Shown here piece by piece: positions 47,961 through 56,558 of a DNA stretch of 64,000 nucleotides (position 1 is the stretch's first letter; each line of letters begins with the position of its first letter). The position numbers and the translations under genes are program-made. Origin of the DNA: an uncultured Candidatus Saccharibacteria bacterium. Lineage in GTDB: Bacteria; Patescibacteriota; Minisyncoccia; Phycocordibacterales; UBA5272. The stretch is from positions 15,802-79,801 of the forward strand of contig CAZJDZ010000004.1 of NCBI GenBank assembly GCA_964544935.1. Reading direction: 5' to 3'. The notes under the pieces are model-generated. The model had not been told where the DNA came from. It worked only from the letters and a program-made list of their open reading frames with translations, and ran no database searches.

Positions 47961-48185
47961 GTTAGGTTCCACTCCTTGATAGCCTGATGAGTGGTGAGGT
48001 TATCTGCTTGGTCAGCAGATTTCCAAGAAGGCTAGCGGGCCTCGAGGTTGTCGTACTCGAGAGTAACCGATAATGAAAACGACGGACCAATAAATTAAAC
48101 AGCACCAAGTGGTGCGGTCGGAGAAAGGAAAAACACCGACGCAGCGTACGCTGACGAACCCCGAGAGCGATCTCGGGGTTTTTAT
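47961..48185 (+). ncRNA. candidate structured non-coding RNA of unknown family
   Basis: Consensus promoter 47927-47954, six or seven hairpins, three loop-downstream complementarities, terminal GCGA-loop hairpin plus T tract, no convincing ORF. Confidence 0.6.
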
Positions 48186-48224
48186 ATTTTGGCTACCATA
48201 TTCTCATACTTCCTCCAATCAAAT

Positions 48225-48253
48225 GTTCTGAATTTGTTTACAGTTTTGAGCTC
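48225..48253 (+). repeat. 29-bp repeated site, copy C
   Basis: GTTCTGAATTTGTTTACAGTTTTGAGCTC; 48200-48241 matches 47873-47914 at 36/42. Confidence 0.75.
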
Positions 48254-48367
48254 TAAGCCTACATCTTGCGCTTTTTTGCACGTATGGTATACTAAAATAG
48301 TTAGTTTGGATGTGAGTTGTGTGTCGGCCTGTTAAGTTCAGCGCCGGCCATTTTTGTTAAAAAAATT

Positions 48368-48492
48368 AAAAATAAGAAAATTATTTCATCTGCTTTGTTG
48401 CATATAATTTTTGTTCCACGCGTCGTACTAGAAGTACGCCTTGGTCTCAAAAATTGTATGCGCCGCGCATCTAAAACAATTTTCTTGTTTTT
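48368..48492. repeat. ~125-bp imperfect inverted repeat element upstream of nusA
   Basis: Nested arms AAAAATAAGAAAATT/AATTTTCTTGTTTTT, GCATATAATTTTTG/CAAAAATTGTATGC, core CGTACT-AGA-AGTACG. Confidence 0.7.
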
Positions 48493-48593
48493 TATAGTTA
48501 TACATTATTATTTTACAAACCTTGTTGCTATACGTTTTTTGCAGGATGTATTTTTGCTAAAAGCTGCTAGCTACAAGCTAATTGCTATTCATT

Positions 48594-49865
48594 ATGTTAG
48601 ACATCAAAGCCCTAAAAGTTGCTCTTGAGCAGCTTGAACAAGAAAAGAAGATCGCTCATGAGAAAGTTGTTGACGCAGTAGAGAAGTCACTCGCTGCTGC
48701 ATACCAAAAAGAGTATGGAAAGCGTGGACAAATTGTTCGCTGTCAGATTAACTTTGAAACAGGAGAAACAAGTTTTGAACAAGTGAAGATCGTTGTTGAT
48801 GAAACAACAGTTCGTATGCCGGTTGAAGGTGAGGAAGAGGAAGTTACTCCAGTTAAGGAAGCTGATGAAACAGCAGAAGGGCTCCTCCCTCGTTACAACG
48901 AAGAGCGTCATATTCTTCTCTCAACAGCAAAGCTTCTCAAGAAGAATGCAGAGCTTGGTGAAGAAATCGTCTTCCCACTTGATAACCAAGATGACTTCGG
49001 TCGTATCGCAGCGCAGACTGCAAAGCAGGTTATCGTCCAGAAGCTTCGTGAAGCAGAGCGTGAGAGTATCGTTGGTGAATTCACTGACAAGGAAAACACT
49101 ATTGTCTCAGGTGTTGTTCAGCGTGTAGAACGCGGAGCAGTGTTTGTTGATCTTGGTCGTACTACTGCTATCCTTCCATATGAAGAGCAGATCACACAGG
49201 AACGTCTTCGTCCTGGAGAGCGTATCCGTGCGTACCTTTTCTCTATTGAAGAAGGGTTCCGTGGACTCTCTATCCGTCTTTCACGTTCACATCCAAAATT
49301 CTTAATCGAACTTTTCAAAAATGAAAGTCAGGAAATCGCTCAAGGAACTGTAGAAATCGTAGCAGTTGCTCGTGAACCAGGAAGTCGCTCAAAGATCGCC
49401 GTAAAATCAAACGATGAACGCGTAGATCCAATCGGAGCATGTGTTGGTCAGCGTGGTGTGAGAGTATCAGCTATTACAGAAGAACTCTCTGGTGAGAAAA
49501 TCGATGTTATCGAATGGTCACCGGATGCTCGTCGTTTTATCGCGACAGCACTCTCCCCTGCTAAGGCAGTCTCTATCGAACTTGATGAAGCAGAAAAGAA
49601 AGCAACAGTTACTGTTACAAGAGATGAGCAGTCACTCGCTATTGGAAAAGGAGGACAGAACGTTCGTCTTGCTGCTAAACTTACTGGATGGAAGATTGAT
49701 ATTGTTTCTGGTGGTGAAATGGTTGCAGAGGCTGATGAAGCTGGCATCCTAACAGCACAGAGTACTGTTACTGATGAAACAATCACAGAAGAAGTAGAAG
49801 AAGTTCTTGAAGCTCTTAATGTTACAGAAGAAGTTGTAGCAGAAACTGTAGAAGAAGCTAAATAG
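48594..49865 (+). CDS. nusA: transcription elongation factor NusA
   Basis: FGRIAAQTAKQV, S1 and KH domains, AREPG.RSKIAV, AIGKGGQNVRLA. Confidence 0.98.
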   Translation: MLDIKALKVALEQLEQEKKIAHEKVVDAVEKSLAAAYQKEYGKRGQIVRCQINFETGETSFEQVKIVVDETTVRMPVEGEEEEVTPVKEADETAEGLLPRYNEERHILLSTAKLLKKNAELGEEIVFPLDNQDDFGRIAAQTAKQVIVQKLREAERESIVGEFTDKENTIVSGVVQRVERGAVFVDLGRTTAILPYEEQITQERLRPGERIRAYLFSIEEGFRGLSIRLSRSHPKFLIELFKNESQEIAQGTVEIVAVAREPGSRSKIAVKSNDERVDPIGACVGQRGVRVSAITEELSGEKIDVIEWSPDARRFIATALSPAKAVSIELDEAEKKATVTVTRDEQSLAIGKGGQNVRLAAKLTGWKIDIVSGGEMVAEADEAGILTAQSTVTDETITEEVEEVLEALNVTEEVVAETVEEAK

Positions 49866-49913
49866 TTTATATTTACTAATCCCTAGTCCTTAAAAACTAA
49901 CTACTATCACCCT

Positions 49914-50444
49914 ATGAATTTACTTCACGATATTACTCCGGGGAAAAATATTCCACAAGAAATTAATGTTATTGTAGAAATTGAAAAAGGTTCAAAGAAC
50001 AAGTACGAGCTCGACAAAGAAACAGGACTTATCAAGCTAGATCGTGTTATGTACACAAGTCAGGATTACCCATTTGATTACGGATTCGTTCCTCAGACAC
50101 ATTGGCATGATGGAGACCCTCTTGATGTGGTCCTCCTCACTACTCATCCGCTTGTCCCAGGACTTCTCCTTACAGCTCGTCCAGTTGGAGTGCTTGATAT
50201 GGTTGATGACGGAGAGAGTGATGCTAAGATAATTGCAGTTCCAGTAAAGGATCCTAGGTGGAATGAAGTGAAGGATCTTAAGGATGTTAATTCTCACACT
50301 CTCGAAGAGATCAAGCATTTCTTTGAAACATACAAGCAGATCCAGAAGAAAGAAGTTACTATCCCAACTATCCGCGACGCAAAAGCTGCGATGGAAGTAA
50401 TTACAGAAGGTGTGGAACTCTACAAGAAAGAATTTAATAAATAA
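49914..50444 (+). CDS. ppa: inorganic pyrophosphatase (family I)
   Basis: KNKYE.DK, YGF.PQT, DGDPLDV, D.GE.D.KI, HFFE.YK. Confidence 0.97.
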   Translation: MNLLHDITPGKNIPQEINVIVEIEKGSKNKYELDKETGLIKLDRVMYTSQDYPFDYGFVPQTHWHDGDPLDVVLLTTHPLVPGLLLTARPVGVLDMVDDGESDAKIIAVPVKDPRWNEVKDLKDVNSHTLEEIKHFFETYKQIQKKEVTIPTIRDAKAAMEVITEGVELYKKEFNK

Positions 50445-50521
50445 CTAATTGGCATTGAGTCAGACTGTTTGTTCCTCCACCTGCTGGCTCCGGAACTCTT
50501 CGTCGCTCTTCGCTCCTCGAT

Positions 50522-51643
50522 ATGAAAATTGAAAAGAAAGACTTACCAAAAGGATTGGTAGAATTAAAAATCGTTGTTGATGAAAAAGAACTTGAAGCTT
50601 ATCACGATAAAGCCCTTACTGCTGTACAACAAGCGGTAGAAGTTGATGGTTTCCGTAAAGGAAATGCGCCAGAAGATCTTATCATCAAGAAGTACGGTGA
50701 TATGGTTATCCTAGAAGAGATGGCTAATTTTGCACTTCGTGCAGCATATGTGAAAGCTGTTGAAGATCATAAGCTTAATCCAATCTCAGATCCACAAGTA
50801 ACAATCACAAAGATTGCTAAGAACAATCCCCTTGAACTCACTATCACCGTTCCTGTGATGCCAGACATTACACTTCCTTCATACAAGAAGATTGCAAAAG
50901 AAGCTGTAACAGATGGAGAAAAAATCGAAGTTACTGACAAGGATATCGAAGTTGTTCTTGAAGAACTTCGTAAGGGTCGCGCTACACAGCACGCTCATGA
51001 CCATGAAGGACATGATCATGCTCACGATCATCATGATCACGAAGGTCATGACCACCATGACCATGACCACACTCACGTCGAGGAAGCGAAGGAAGGTGAT
51101 GTGAAAAAAGAAGTTGTCCTCCCTGAGCTTAACGATGAGTTTGCGCAGAGTTTTGGTCCAGAGTTCAAGACACTTGCTGAACTTAAGAGTAAGGTAGGTG
51201 AAAACTTAAAGCTTGAAAAAGAGCAGAAGCTTCGTGAGAAGCGCCGTACTGCAATCATGGAGAAGCTTGTTGCAGAAACAAAGACAGAACTCCCGGATGT
51301 TATCATCGAAGGAGAGCTCAACAACATGCTTGCACAGATGCGTGCAGATATTACTCGTTTCGGTGGAACATGGGAAGAATACCTTGCTCACTCTAAGAAG
51401 ACAGAAGAAGAGATTAAGAAAGACTGGATCTCAGACGCGCATAAGCGTGCTATGAGTCAGCTTCTTCTTCATAAGATCGGACAAGCAGAAAAACTAACTG
51501 CAACAGAAGAAGAAGTAGAAGTAGAACTTGTTCGCCTTCTTGCGACAGTTCAGGATGCTGATGAGGAACGTGCAAAGGCGTATCTTTATCAGGCGCTTAC
51601 CAACGACAAAGTTCTCGCCTTTTTGGAAAAGGTCGCAGACTAA
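50522..51643 (+). CDS. tig: trigger factor lacking the FKBP PPIase domain, with a His-rich insert
   Basis: Ribosome-binding GFRKG.AP motif, PELNDEFA start of the C-domain; only 373 aa. Confidence 0.9.
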   Translation: MKIEKKDLPKGLVELKIVVDEKELEAYHDKALTAVQQAVEVDGFRKGNAPEDLIIKKYGDMVILEEMANFALRAAYVKAVEDHKLNPISDPQVTITKIAKNNPLELTITVPVMPDITLPSYKKIAKEAVTDGEKIEVTDKDIEVVLEELRKGRATQHAHDHEGHDHAHDHHDHEGHDHHDHDHTHVEEAKEGDVKKEVVLPELNDEFAQSFGPEFKTLAELKSKVGENLKLEKEQKLREKRRTAIMEKLVAETKTELPDVIIEGELNNMLAQMRADITRFGGTWEEYLAHSKKTEEEIKKDWISDAHKRAMSQLLLHKIGQAEKLTATEEEVEVELVRLLATVQDADEERAKAYLYQALTNDKVLAFLEKVAD

Positions 51644-51666
51644 CGCGGACCTCGCAGAAAGATACG

Positions 51667-51704
51667 AATACAAAAGCAGTGCCGTAAGGCACTGCTTTTG
51701 TATT
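51667..51704. terminator. 17-bp palindrome with GTAA loop
   Basis: AATACAAAAGCAGTGCC-GTAA-GGCACTGCTTTTGTATT between convergent genes. Confidence 0.78.
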
Positions 51705-51727
51705 GTATTTAATCTGCTAAGTCCGTT

Positions 51728-52129
51728 CTAGTTCGCGTGTTCTGCAGAAACTCTCTTCTTTGGGTGAACAGCACAATCTTCACAAGCACAACCAATAGCA
51801 GCCATGATACCTCCAATGATTGCAATGTTTTTAAGTGCCATAATTACATTGAGTGCGTTACCAAGATCTCGATGTACAACAACCGTTACAAGTGCGGTGA
51901 ATCCGATAAGAATGTATCCAGAGAGTCTTGTTTTATATCCCCAAGCAAATGCACCTGCAACACCTATTTCAATTGCAATTACAATAAGGGTGGCAAGAGG
52001 CGCAAGTGGTACACCCATACTAGCAATAGAGCCTGAGGTGTCTGTGAAATGCATTAATTTTTGAACACCAGCAACAATAAATAAAAGTGCGATTAAAATA
52101 CGTGAGGTTTGAGCGTAATCAAGTTTCAT
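51728..52129 (-). CDS. DoxX family membrane protein
   Basis: R...A.LF..AG..K, E...., KN.AI.GG; four TM helices. Confidence 0.9.
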   Translation of the reverse strand: MKLDYAQTSRILIALLFIVAGVQKLMHFTDTSGSIASMGVPLAPLATLIVIAIEIGVAGAFAWGYKTRLSGYILIGFTALVTVVVHRDLGNALNVIMALKNIAIIGGIMAAIGCACEDCAVHPKKRVSAEHAN

Positions 52130-52228
52130 ATATGAAATATAATTCTAAGAATAATGCCCTTTCGGGTTGTTCTTAGTGTAGCATGAGATACACTTCCTCG
52201 TCTGTTAGTTGCTATACAAAGTAAAGGA

Positions 52229-52525
52229 TTACCGTAGCTTATCTGTAAACTCTGTAAGTACTTCTTCTACAGTTTGTGAAATAAGCGCATTAAATTCTGG
52301 GTGCTTTCTTGTTATATTGGTAAGTACTTCTTCTATATTTCCTGCCTCCATTTGCTTTGTAAATATTGCAGCTTCATCACCTGTAAGAATTTTTGCAATA
52401 ACAATAAGCGTTCTTTTTAAAATATTTTCTGTAAGTCCTATAACAACAGCCTCTTTAATATCCTCTGGCAGGTTAGCTATAGCAAGCCTTTTCTCTATTT
52501 CTTGTGTAATGTGTGCGTTATTCAT
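52229..52525 (-). CDS. small acidic helical protein (DUF5663-like)
   Basis: 98 aa, L...NLPEDIK ... PEFNALI..TVEE; directly follows the 904-aa gene. Confidence 0.6.
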   Translation of the reverse strand: MNNAHITQEIEKRLAIANLPEDIKEAVVIGLTENILKRTLIVIAKILTGDEAAIFTKQMEAGNIEEVLTNITRKHPEFNALISQTVEEVLTEFTDKLR

Positions 52526-52530
52526 ATAAT

Positions 52531-55245
52531 TTATTTGGTAAACAGAGTAACATGCTTAAGAATATCTTCAGGAATCTTTCCATCAAATTGTGAAAAATCA
52601 ACAACATCCCCTGCATGAATATTGTCTATACCATGTGGGAATATTTTTGCTTCTTGTATAGCGGCAAGATATTTTGATATCTCAATATTTTTTGCTTGTT
52701 CTGAAAGAGCTGTAAACGCATCACTCTGCATGAGGTGGTCTTTTACGATAGTCCAAAGATTCTCATCTTCTTCAACTATATGAATCATCTCATGAGCAGG
52801 TGCTGCTACAGCTTCTTGTGCTACTTGTTCACTGGCAGCTTGAGTAATAGCTTCTACATCAGGAGCTGACGCAGCGCTTGCCACCACTTCAGGTACAGGT
52901 ACTGGAGCACTCGCAGCAGACTCTATCTGACTAACATCAAGCCCTGCAGTATGTGGCGCTACATCTGTTGGGAACAAACCACTTATATATTGTCCAATTG
53001 CATAGCCTGCAAAAGCAGATACTGTTATTGCTCCGGCGCCCATAACTTGTTTTCGTAATACTTTTACTTTTCTCCCAGCAGCTTCTTCTTTTGCATATGT
53101 GTTCTCAAGAGCCTTATGTAAGGTCGCATAAAGACCAGCACCTGATGCTACTCTAAACACTGTAGCAAGTGCAAGCGCAGGTACAACAAGAGGCGCGCCA
53201 CTAGCACCAAGTCCTGCAATAGCGATACCAGTTCCGTACCGTACAGATTTTGGAAGCCTATTAAATTTCTCACCAAGAATCTCTACTTTTTCAAGAATAT
53301 TTTTTGCTGCACCTGTTGTTGTTTCTAATGCATTTTGTTGTAGATTATCTGTGCGCTTATCGACGGAACTAAGAGCTTCAAGAGCTTTATGTGATTCTGG
53401 AGATGTTGGAGAAGCAGTAAGAATAGATGCTATTTCTTCAGGATGAACATCAAAAGTATCACCTTCAGGTTGGGTTTCTTTTTTAGAAGCAGTATCTTTT
53501 GTAATAAGTCTATTGAAACCATTCCTAAATTTACTTTGCCACCCAGTAACTTGTTTAGCAAGCTCCTCTTCTTTTTTCTCAACTTTCTCAACAAGCTCTT
53601 CGACTTTCTTACCAAAATTTCTAAGTGTTCCAAGTATTCCGGTTCCTTTTAGGCGATGAGATGGTGGCGCATTTGGTTTAAGCGTAGCAGGTTTTTCCAC
53701 TATCACAGCATCAGGCGCATTTTTCGACTCATATTTCAATGCTTCATGTATTCCATCTCGCAAATTGTCCAAAGCTACATTTTCGTCAGGTAATTTAGGG
53801 AAGTCACTCACCGCTTCTTCTACTCGAGCCTTCACATCTTCCAAGGAAGGTTGTGCCGGTAATGCATCAATAACGATGCCTTTATCGGGGTTGTGAAAAC
53901 CTAAGCCTTCGTTACTTAGGTCCGGAACAGTACTTTCTTCAAAAATCCCCGGAGCAATTTCTATCTGATCTCTTGTGGTAGAGGTATTCACTCCACCGTA
54001 TCCAACCTTTTCTTCTGGAGCAATAAAATTATATGGTCTTGGAATTGAAGCTGTTGATACAGTATCGTTTTCAAGTGTGTCTGAAATGTCAGGTACTCCT
54101 TCGGTAGGCAGACTCTCAGCAGGAAACTCCACTTCCACAGGACGAGTATTTATATCGTCAGGACTTTGAGTAGGAGCAAAACCAGAAGTATCTTCCTCTT
54201 CATCAAGTTCCTTATTTTTAAGAATTAATTGGTTCAAAATATCTTTAAACTTTTGTCCCATGCCACTTATTTCTCCCACTATAAACGTATCAAAAAATAA
54301 GCTACCATCAGGAGATGAACCTTGTTTGGAAATATACTCAAGAATTGATTCTTTAAGTTTTTCGATTTCCAAAAAGTCACCAGAAGTAAGAGGTATTTTT
54401 TGCAACCCCCCTTCGGATAAGAATTTTAAGAATTCTGCAAGGGTTTTTGCTTGAGGAAGATTTTGTCGATTTGATTCAAAAGTTACTCGACAGAGACTGT
54501 CTTCACCCGCTTCTGTAATTTCTTTGAGAATGAGGCGATTAAGAACATCTTTAAATTCTTGACCTATGCCTTGAACCTCACCAATTGAAACAACATCAAA
54601 AAACATTTCACCTGCAGCAGGTATTTTTCCTTTAAGATCAAGTATATATTTGATAATTGCATTATTAAGAGTTTCTGCTGGTATAGAATTTCCACCAGAA
54701 AAAGGTATGTTTTTTATATTTTCTGATTCTAGTATTCCGAAAAATTCCAAACGACTTTTTGCTTGAAGAAGTTTTGGTTTAATTTCAAGTTCTATAACTC
54801 GATTTTCTGCAGACATTTCTTCAACCTGTGCAGCTCTTTTTTCTGCTTCTTTAAAAATAAGTTGTTCAAGAGTATCCTTGAAACTTTTGCCCGCATAGCT
54901 AATTTCACCTATATTGAAAGTATTAAAAAACGTAGCTCCCTTAGCTGGTATTTGTCCATGCAGCCCTTCAAGATATTTTTTAATTTCATTCGCGAGGGTG
55001 CTAACTGCTATCGAGTCACCTTTTTCTAATGGTATTTTTTTTAGCTTCCCTTCTTCAAGTATTTCAAAAAATTCTATAAGTGTGTTTGCTTTACGTAGTC
55101 TTGGTTCAATCTCCAACAAAAACATCATTCGTGCATAGTTTGTAGGGAAAGGGTCTGTTTCTGGCGTTTCTTTAGGTAGAACATCTGGAGAAGTGGTGTT
55201 TGGAACAGGAAGGTCTTCTTTTTTTCTGAAATGAAAGAATCGCAT
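52531..55245 (-). CDS. large protein with three N-terminal ~100-aa repeats, Gly/Ala-rich TM region and C-terminal LysM-like domain
   Basis: Repeats share EF...L....KIP...G.........IGE....G..FKD.L..LI.K; C-terminal H.VEEDENLW.I ... I.AGD.V. Confidence 0.8.
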   Translation of the reverse strand: MRFFHFRKKEDLPVPNTTSPDVLPKETPETDPFPTNYARMMFLLEIEPRLRKANTLIEFFEILEEGKLKKIPLEKGDSIAVSTLANEIKKYLEGLHGQIPAKGATFFNTFNIGEISYAGKSFKDTLEQLIFKEAEKRAAQVEEMSAENRVIELEIKPKLLQAKSRLEFFGILESENIKNIPFSGGNSIPAETLNNAIIKYILDLKGKIPAAGEMFFDVVSIGEVQGIGQEFKDVLNRLILKEITEAGEDSLCRVTFESNRQNLPQAKTLAEFLKFLSEGGLQKIPLTSGDFLEIEKLKESILEYISKQGSSPDGSLFFDTFIVGEISGMGQKFKDILNQLILKNKELDEEEDTSGFAPTQSPDDINTRPVEVEFPAESLPTEGVPDISDTLENDTVSTASIPRPYNFIAPEEKVGYGGVNTSTTRDQIEIAPGIFEESTVPDLSNEGLGFHNPDKGIVIDALPAQPSLEDVKARVEEAVSDFPKLPDENVALDNLRDGIHEALKYESKNAPDAVIVEKPATLKPNAPPSHRLKGTGILGTLRNFGKKVEELVEKVEKKEEELAKQVTGWQSKFRNGFNRLITKDTASKKETQPEGDTFDVHPEEIASILTASPTSPESHKALEALSSVDKRTDNLQQNALETTTGAAKNILEKVEILGEKFNRLPKSVRYGTGIAIAGLGASGAPLVVPALALATVFRVASGAGLYATLHKALENTYAKEEAAGRKVKVLRKQVMGAGAITVSAFAGYAIGQYISGLFPTDVAPHTAGLDVSQIESAASAPVPVPEVVASAASAPDVEAITQAASEQVAQEAVAAPAHEMIHIVEEDENLWTIVKDHLMQSDAFTALSEQAKNIEISKYLAAIQEAKIFPHGIDNIHAGDVVDFSQFDGKIPEDILKHVTLFTK

Positions 55246-55276
55246 AGATGCTATTTAGTATAGCCTATTTATTTAC

Positions 55277-56002
55277 TTAAAAGAGCGAGATAACCACAGC
55301 TGCAGTGATTGCAGCTGTTTCTGCTCGTAGTGTTGTTTCACCAAGAGATACGCGAGTAAAACCTTTCTCCTTAAATGTGGTTTCTTCACTGTCTGACCAT
55401 CCGCCTTCTGGCCCAATAAAAAAAGCAACAGAAGCAGAACTATCTTCGGTAAGACTATTTTTTCGACGTACAACCTCTTTTAGTGGTGTACCAAAAAGTG
55501 TTGCAATAAATACGTTCTCTTGTGAGACTTTTTCAGACGCCAGAATATAAGCTTTTTCAAGTGAAATAGTTTCATGGAGAGTAAGCAAGTCCCCTCGCCC
55601 AGATTGTTCACTAGCTTCTTTGATAATAGTCGTGAGTCTCTCGTAGTTAAGGAGTTTCTTTTCGGTTCTTTCGGTAATGACTGGAACAATATCAGTAACG
55701 CCAAGCTCAATTGCTTTTTCAAGAGCAAATTCAAAGAGGTCTTTCTTGATAACCGAGATAAAGAGATAGCTTTTTCGCTTTGGAATATAAGTAGGGTTTT
55801 TTTGTGAGAGAGAAAGAATACATCTAGTACTAGATGTTTCTTGTAATGTGTAGGTATATTCACTGCCGTCACCGTTAAATATAATAACGGAATCACCAGA
55901 TATATATCTAAACACTTTTAACCACTGCTTAATTGTAGGAACGTCTTCTATAACAACTTCTTCACCAAGGGGTTGTGATACGTAGAAGCGATGTAATCGC
56001 AT
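55277..56002 (-). CDS. rsmE: 16S rRNA m3U1498 methyltransferase RsmE
   Basis: KA.ELGV, EASEQSGR, IGPEGGW, SLG...LRAETAA. Confidence 0.95.
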   Translation of the reverse strand: MRLHRFYVSQPLGEEVVIEDVPTIKQWLKVFRYISGDSVIIFNGDGSEYTYTLQETSSTRCILSLSQKNPTYIPKRKSYLFISVIKKDLFEFALEKAIELGVTDIVPVITERTEKKLLNYERLTTIIKEASEQSGRGDLLTLHETISLEKAYILASEKVSQENVFIATLFGTPLKEVVRRKNSLTEDSSASVAFFIGPEGGWSDSEETTFKEKGFTRVSLGETTLRAETAAITAAVVISLF

Positions 56003-56146
56003 AACCATTAGCCTACATAAGCTAAAAAGACATTGCAACTAAATGAAAAGACAATCTTTTTAAGAGACAGAATATGTTGTAAAAAGTAAAAGACAGTTAT
56101 CCACAGTTGCCCACTTGCATGTAAAAGACATTGTAGTATTATTAAG

Positions 56147-56471
56147 GACAGGGAAGGAGTAGTGACCAAAAACGCTCACCCGTGCGTTAATCGGGATATC
56201 AAGTTTTGCGCACAAATCCTTCCACAATTGTTCTTTCACATAGCGGACCATAAAGATCATTATTAAGATCTCCGCACATTAAACCCCATAAAGGTTTGCA
56301 TGAAGTTTGTTTCTATCTTTAACAGGTGAGGTTATCTTGTCCTCCTCTGTCAAAATGTTCTTTTTATAAGCTTTTAGGTTGCGATAACCCATGTAGCTAT
56401 AATCTTTCTCAAAGCCCCTTGCATTGTGTGTACGAATCCTCTTTCGTACATAGAATGCAAGGGGCTTTTTT
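56147..56471 (+). ncRNA. candidate rod-shaped non-coding RNA (6S-like?)
   Basis: TTGCAT-16-TATTAT promoter (56115-56142), nested long-range pairings over ~205 nt, long terminator hairpin 56411-56471, no credible ORF. Confidence 0.4.
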
Positions 56472-56558
56472 ATTTCCCATTTTATATGTATATGTGTTTA
56501 TGAATATGTATATGAAAAGGGCGGTTGCTTGCGCAACCGCCCTGAGAACCCCCTTTCT

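Noticed and set aside
47984-48080. Hammerhead ribozyme, suggested by CTGATGAG and a later GAAA
   Set aside because: No stem II linking CUGAUGA to GAAA and no stem III/UH geometry; the GAG is used in hairpin P1
47961-48185. tmRNA, suggested by pseudoknots and a short tag-like frame (DNENDGPIN)
   Set aside because: No tRNA-like domain (no GGGG 5' end, T-loop or CCA end), too short, and the frame lacks the hydrophobic C-terminal degron
47457-48253. CRISPR array
   Set aside because: Only three degenerate repeats with 300-410 bp gene-containing intervals and no cas genes
48317-48628. 103-aa ORF upstream of nusA as rimP
   Set aside because: No RimP motifs; it runs through a foldback element and heptamer repeats
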